Below, one piece after another: positions 63,606-64,000 of a stretch of 64,000 bases of DNA. Within the stretch, counting starts at the first letter, position 1. Each line of letters opens with the position of its first letter. Below the pieces are notes generated by a model. That model had not been told where the DNA came from. It saw only the letters and a program-made list of their open reading frames with translations, and did not search any database. Source of the stretch: Phoronis australis (Eukaryota; Animalia; Phoronida). Where the stretch lies: positions 77,627-141,626 of the forward strand of contig NMRA01000312.1 in the NCBI GenBank assembly GCA_002633005.1. The letters run 5' to 3'. A program made the position numbers and the translations under genes.

Positions 63606-64000
63606 AAAACAAGAGCAACACAGAGCGTTGAAATGCGCCCACAATTGCACCGTATACGGTATCCTTCTAGGGTTGTTTATTGGTACCATAAAGTGGCCAG
63701 TAGAGGGCATAGATGTAGTATGGTGTACTTTGCAAAATGGAAAGGCATGGTCATTGTCTCCTCAATAGGCTAGGGGCAAAATGTGAGTGATCTTCATAAT
63801 ACAAGCACATCCTATACATCAGTTGCTTAAAGCACCACAGAAACATAGAATTAAAAACAAATTTACCAACATACGAGATTAGCACAGCATTAGAATGCCA
63901 GAAACAAATTTCTACTTGGAACTTTTCCTTCATAGTCACGAAGTAACACAAAGTATACACCTGAAGACCTATGAAAATACAGAGGTCAATGTAAAATACT
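63606..64000. mobile_element. Partial copy of the 56709 element family
   Basis: aaacaagagcaacacagagcgttgaaatgcgcccac matches 56709-56744; satellite-like sequence recurs at the window end. Confidence 0.7.

Overview
AT-rich eukaryotic genomic DNA, most likely from an invertebrate animal (inferred from intron structure, gene content and repeat types). It holds two convergent genes. (1) An intronless renalase-like FAD oxidoreductase on + (269-1309). (2) A giant polycystin-1-family (PKD1/PKD1L/REJ-type) gene on -, which I assembled by hand into 41 coding exons from 62367 down to 4191. Every intron is GT-AG and phase-compatible; the CDS is 11811 nt, about 3936 aa. Its architecture is signal peptide, WSC, PKD repeats, REJ, GAIN/GPS, TM1, PLAT, further TMs, TOP domain and TRPP channel domain. 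The most unusual observation is that the GPS autoproteolysis motif lacks its His (CSFLT instead of CxHLT) and carries a ~32-aa insertion at the cleavage point containing a furin consensus (RVRR). A second furin site (RKRR) and mucin-like loops lie in the GAIN region. Introns contain a Penelope-like element with a minimal hammerhead ribozyme, a Kolobok-type transposon remnant (THAP, TTAA TSD), Helentron/DINE-like elements with internal satellites, a decayed LINE with a nested tRNA-derived SINE, MITEs and minisatellites. All calls were made by eye, with no database searches.
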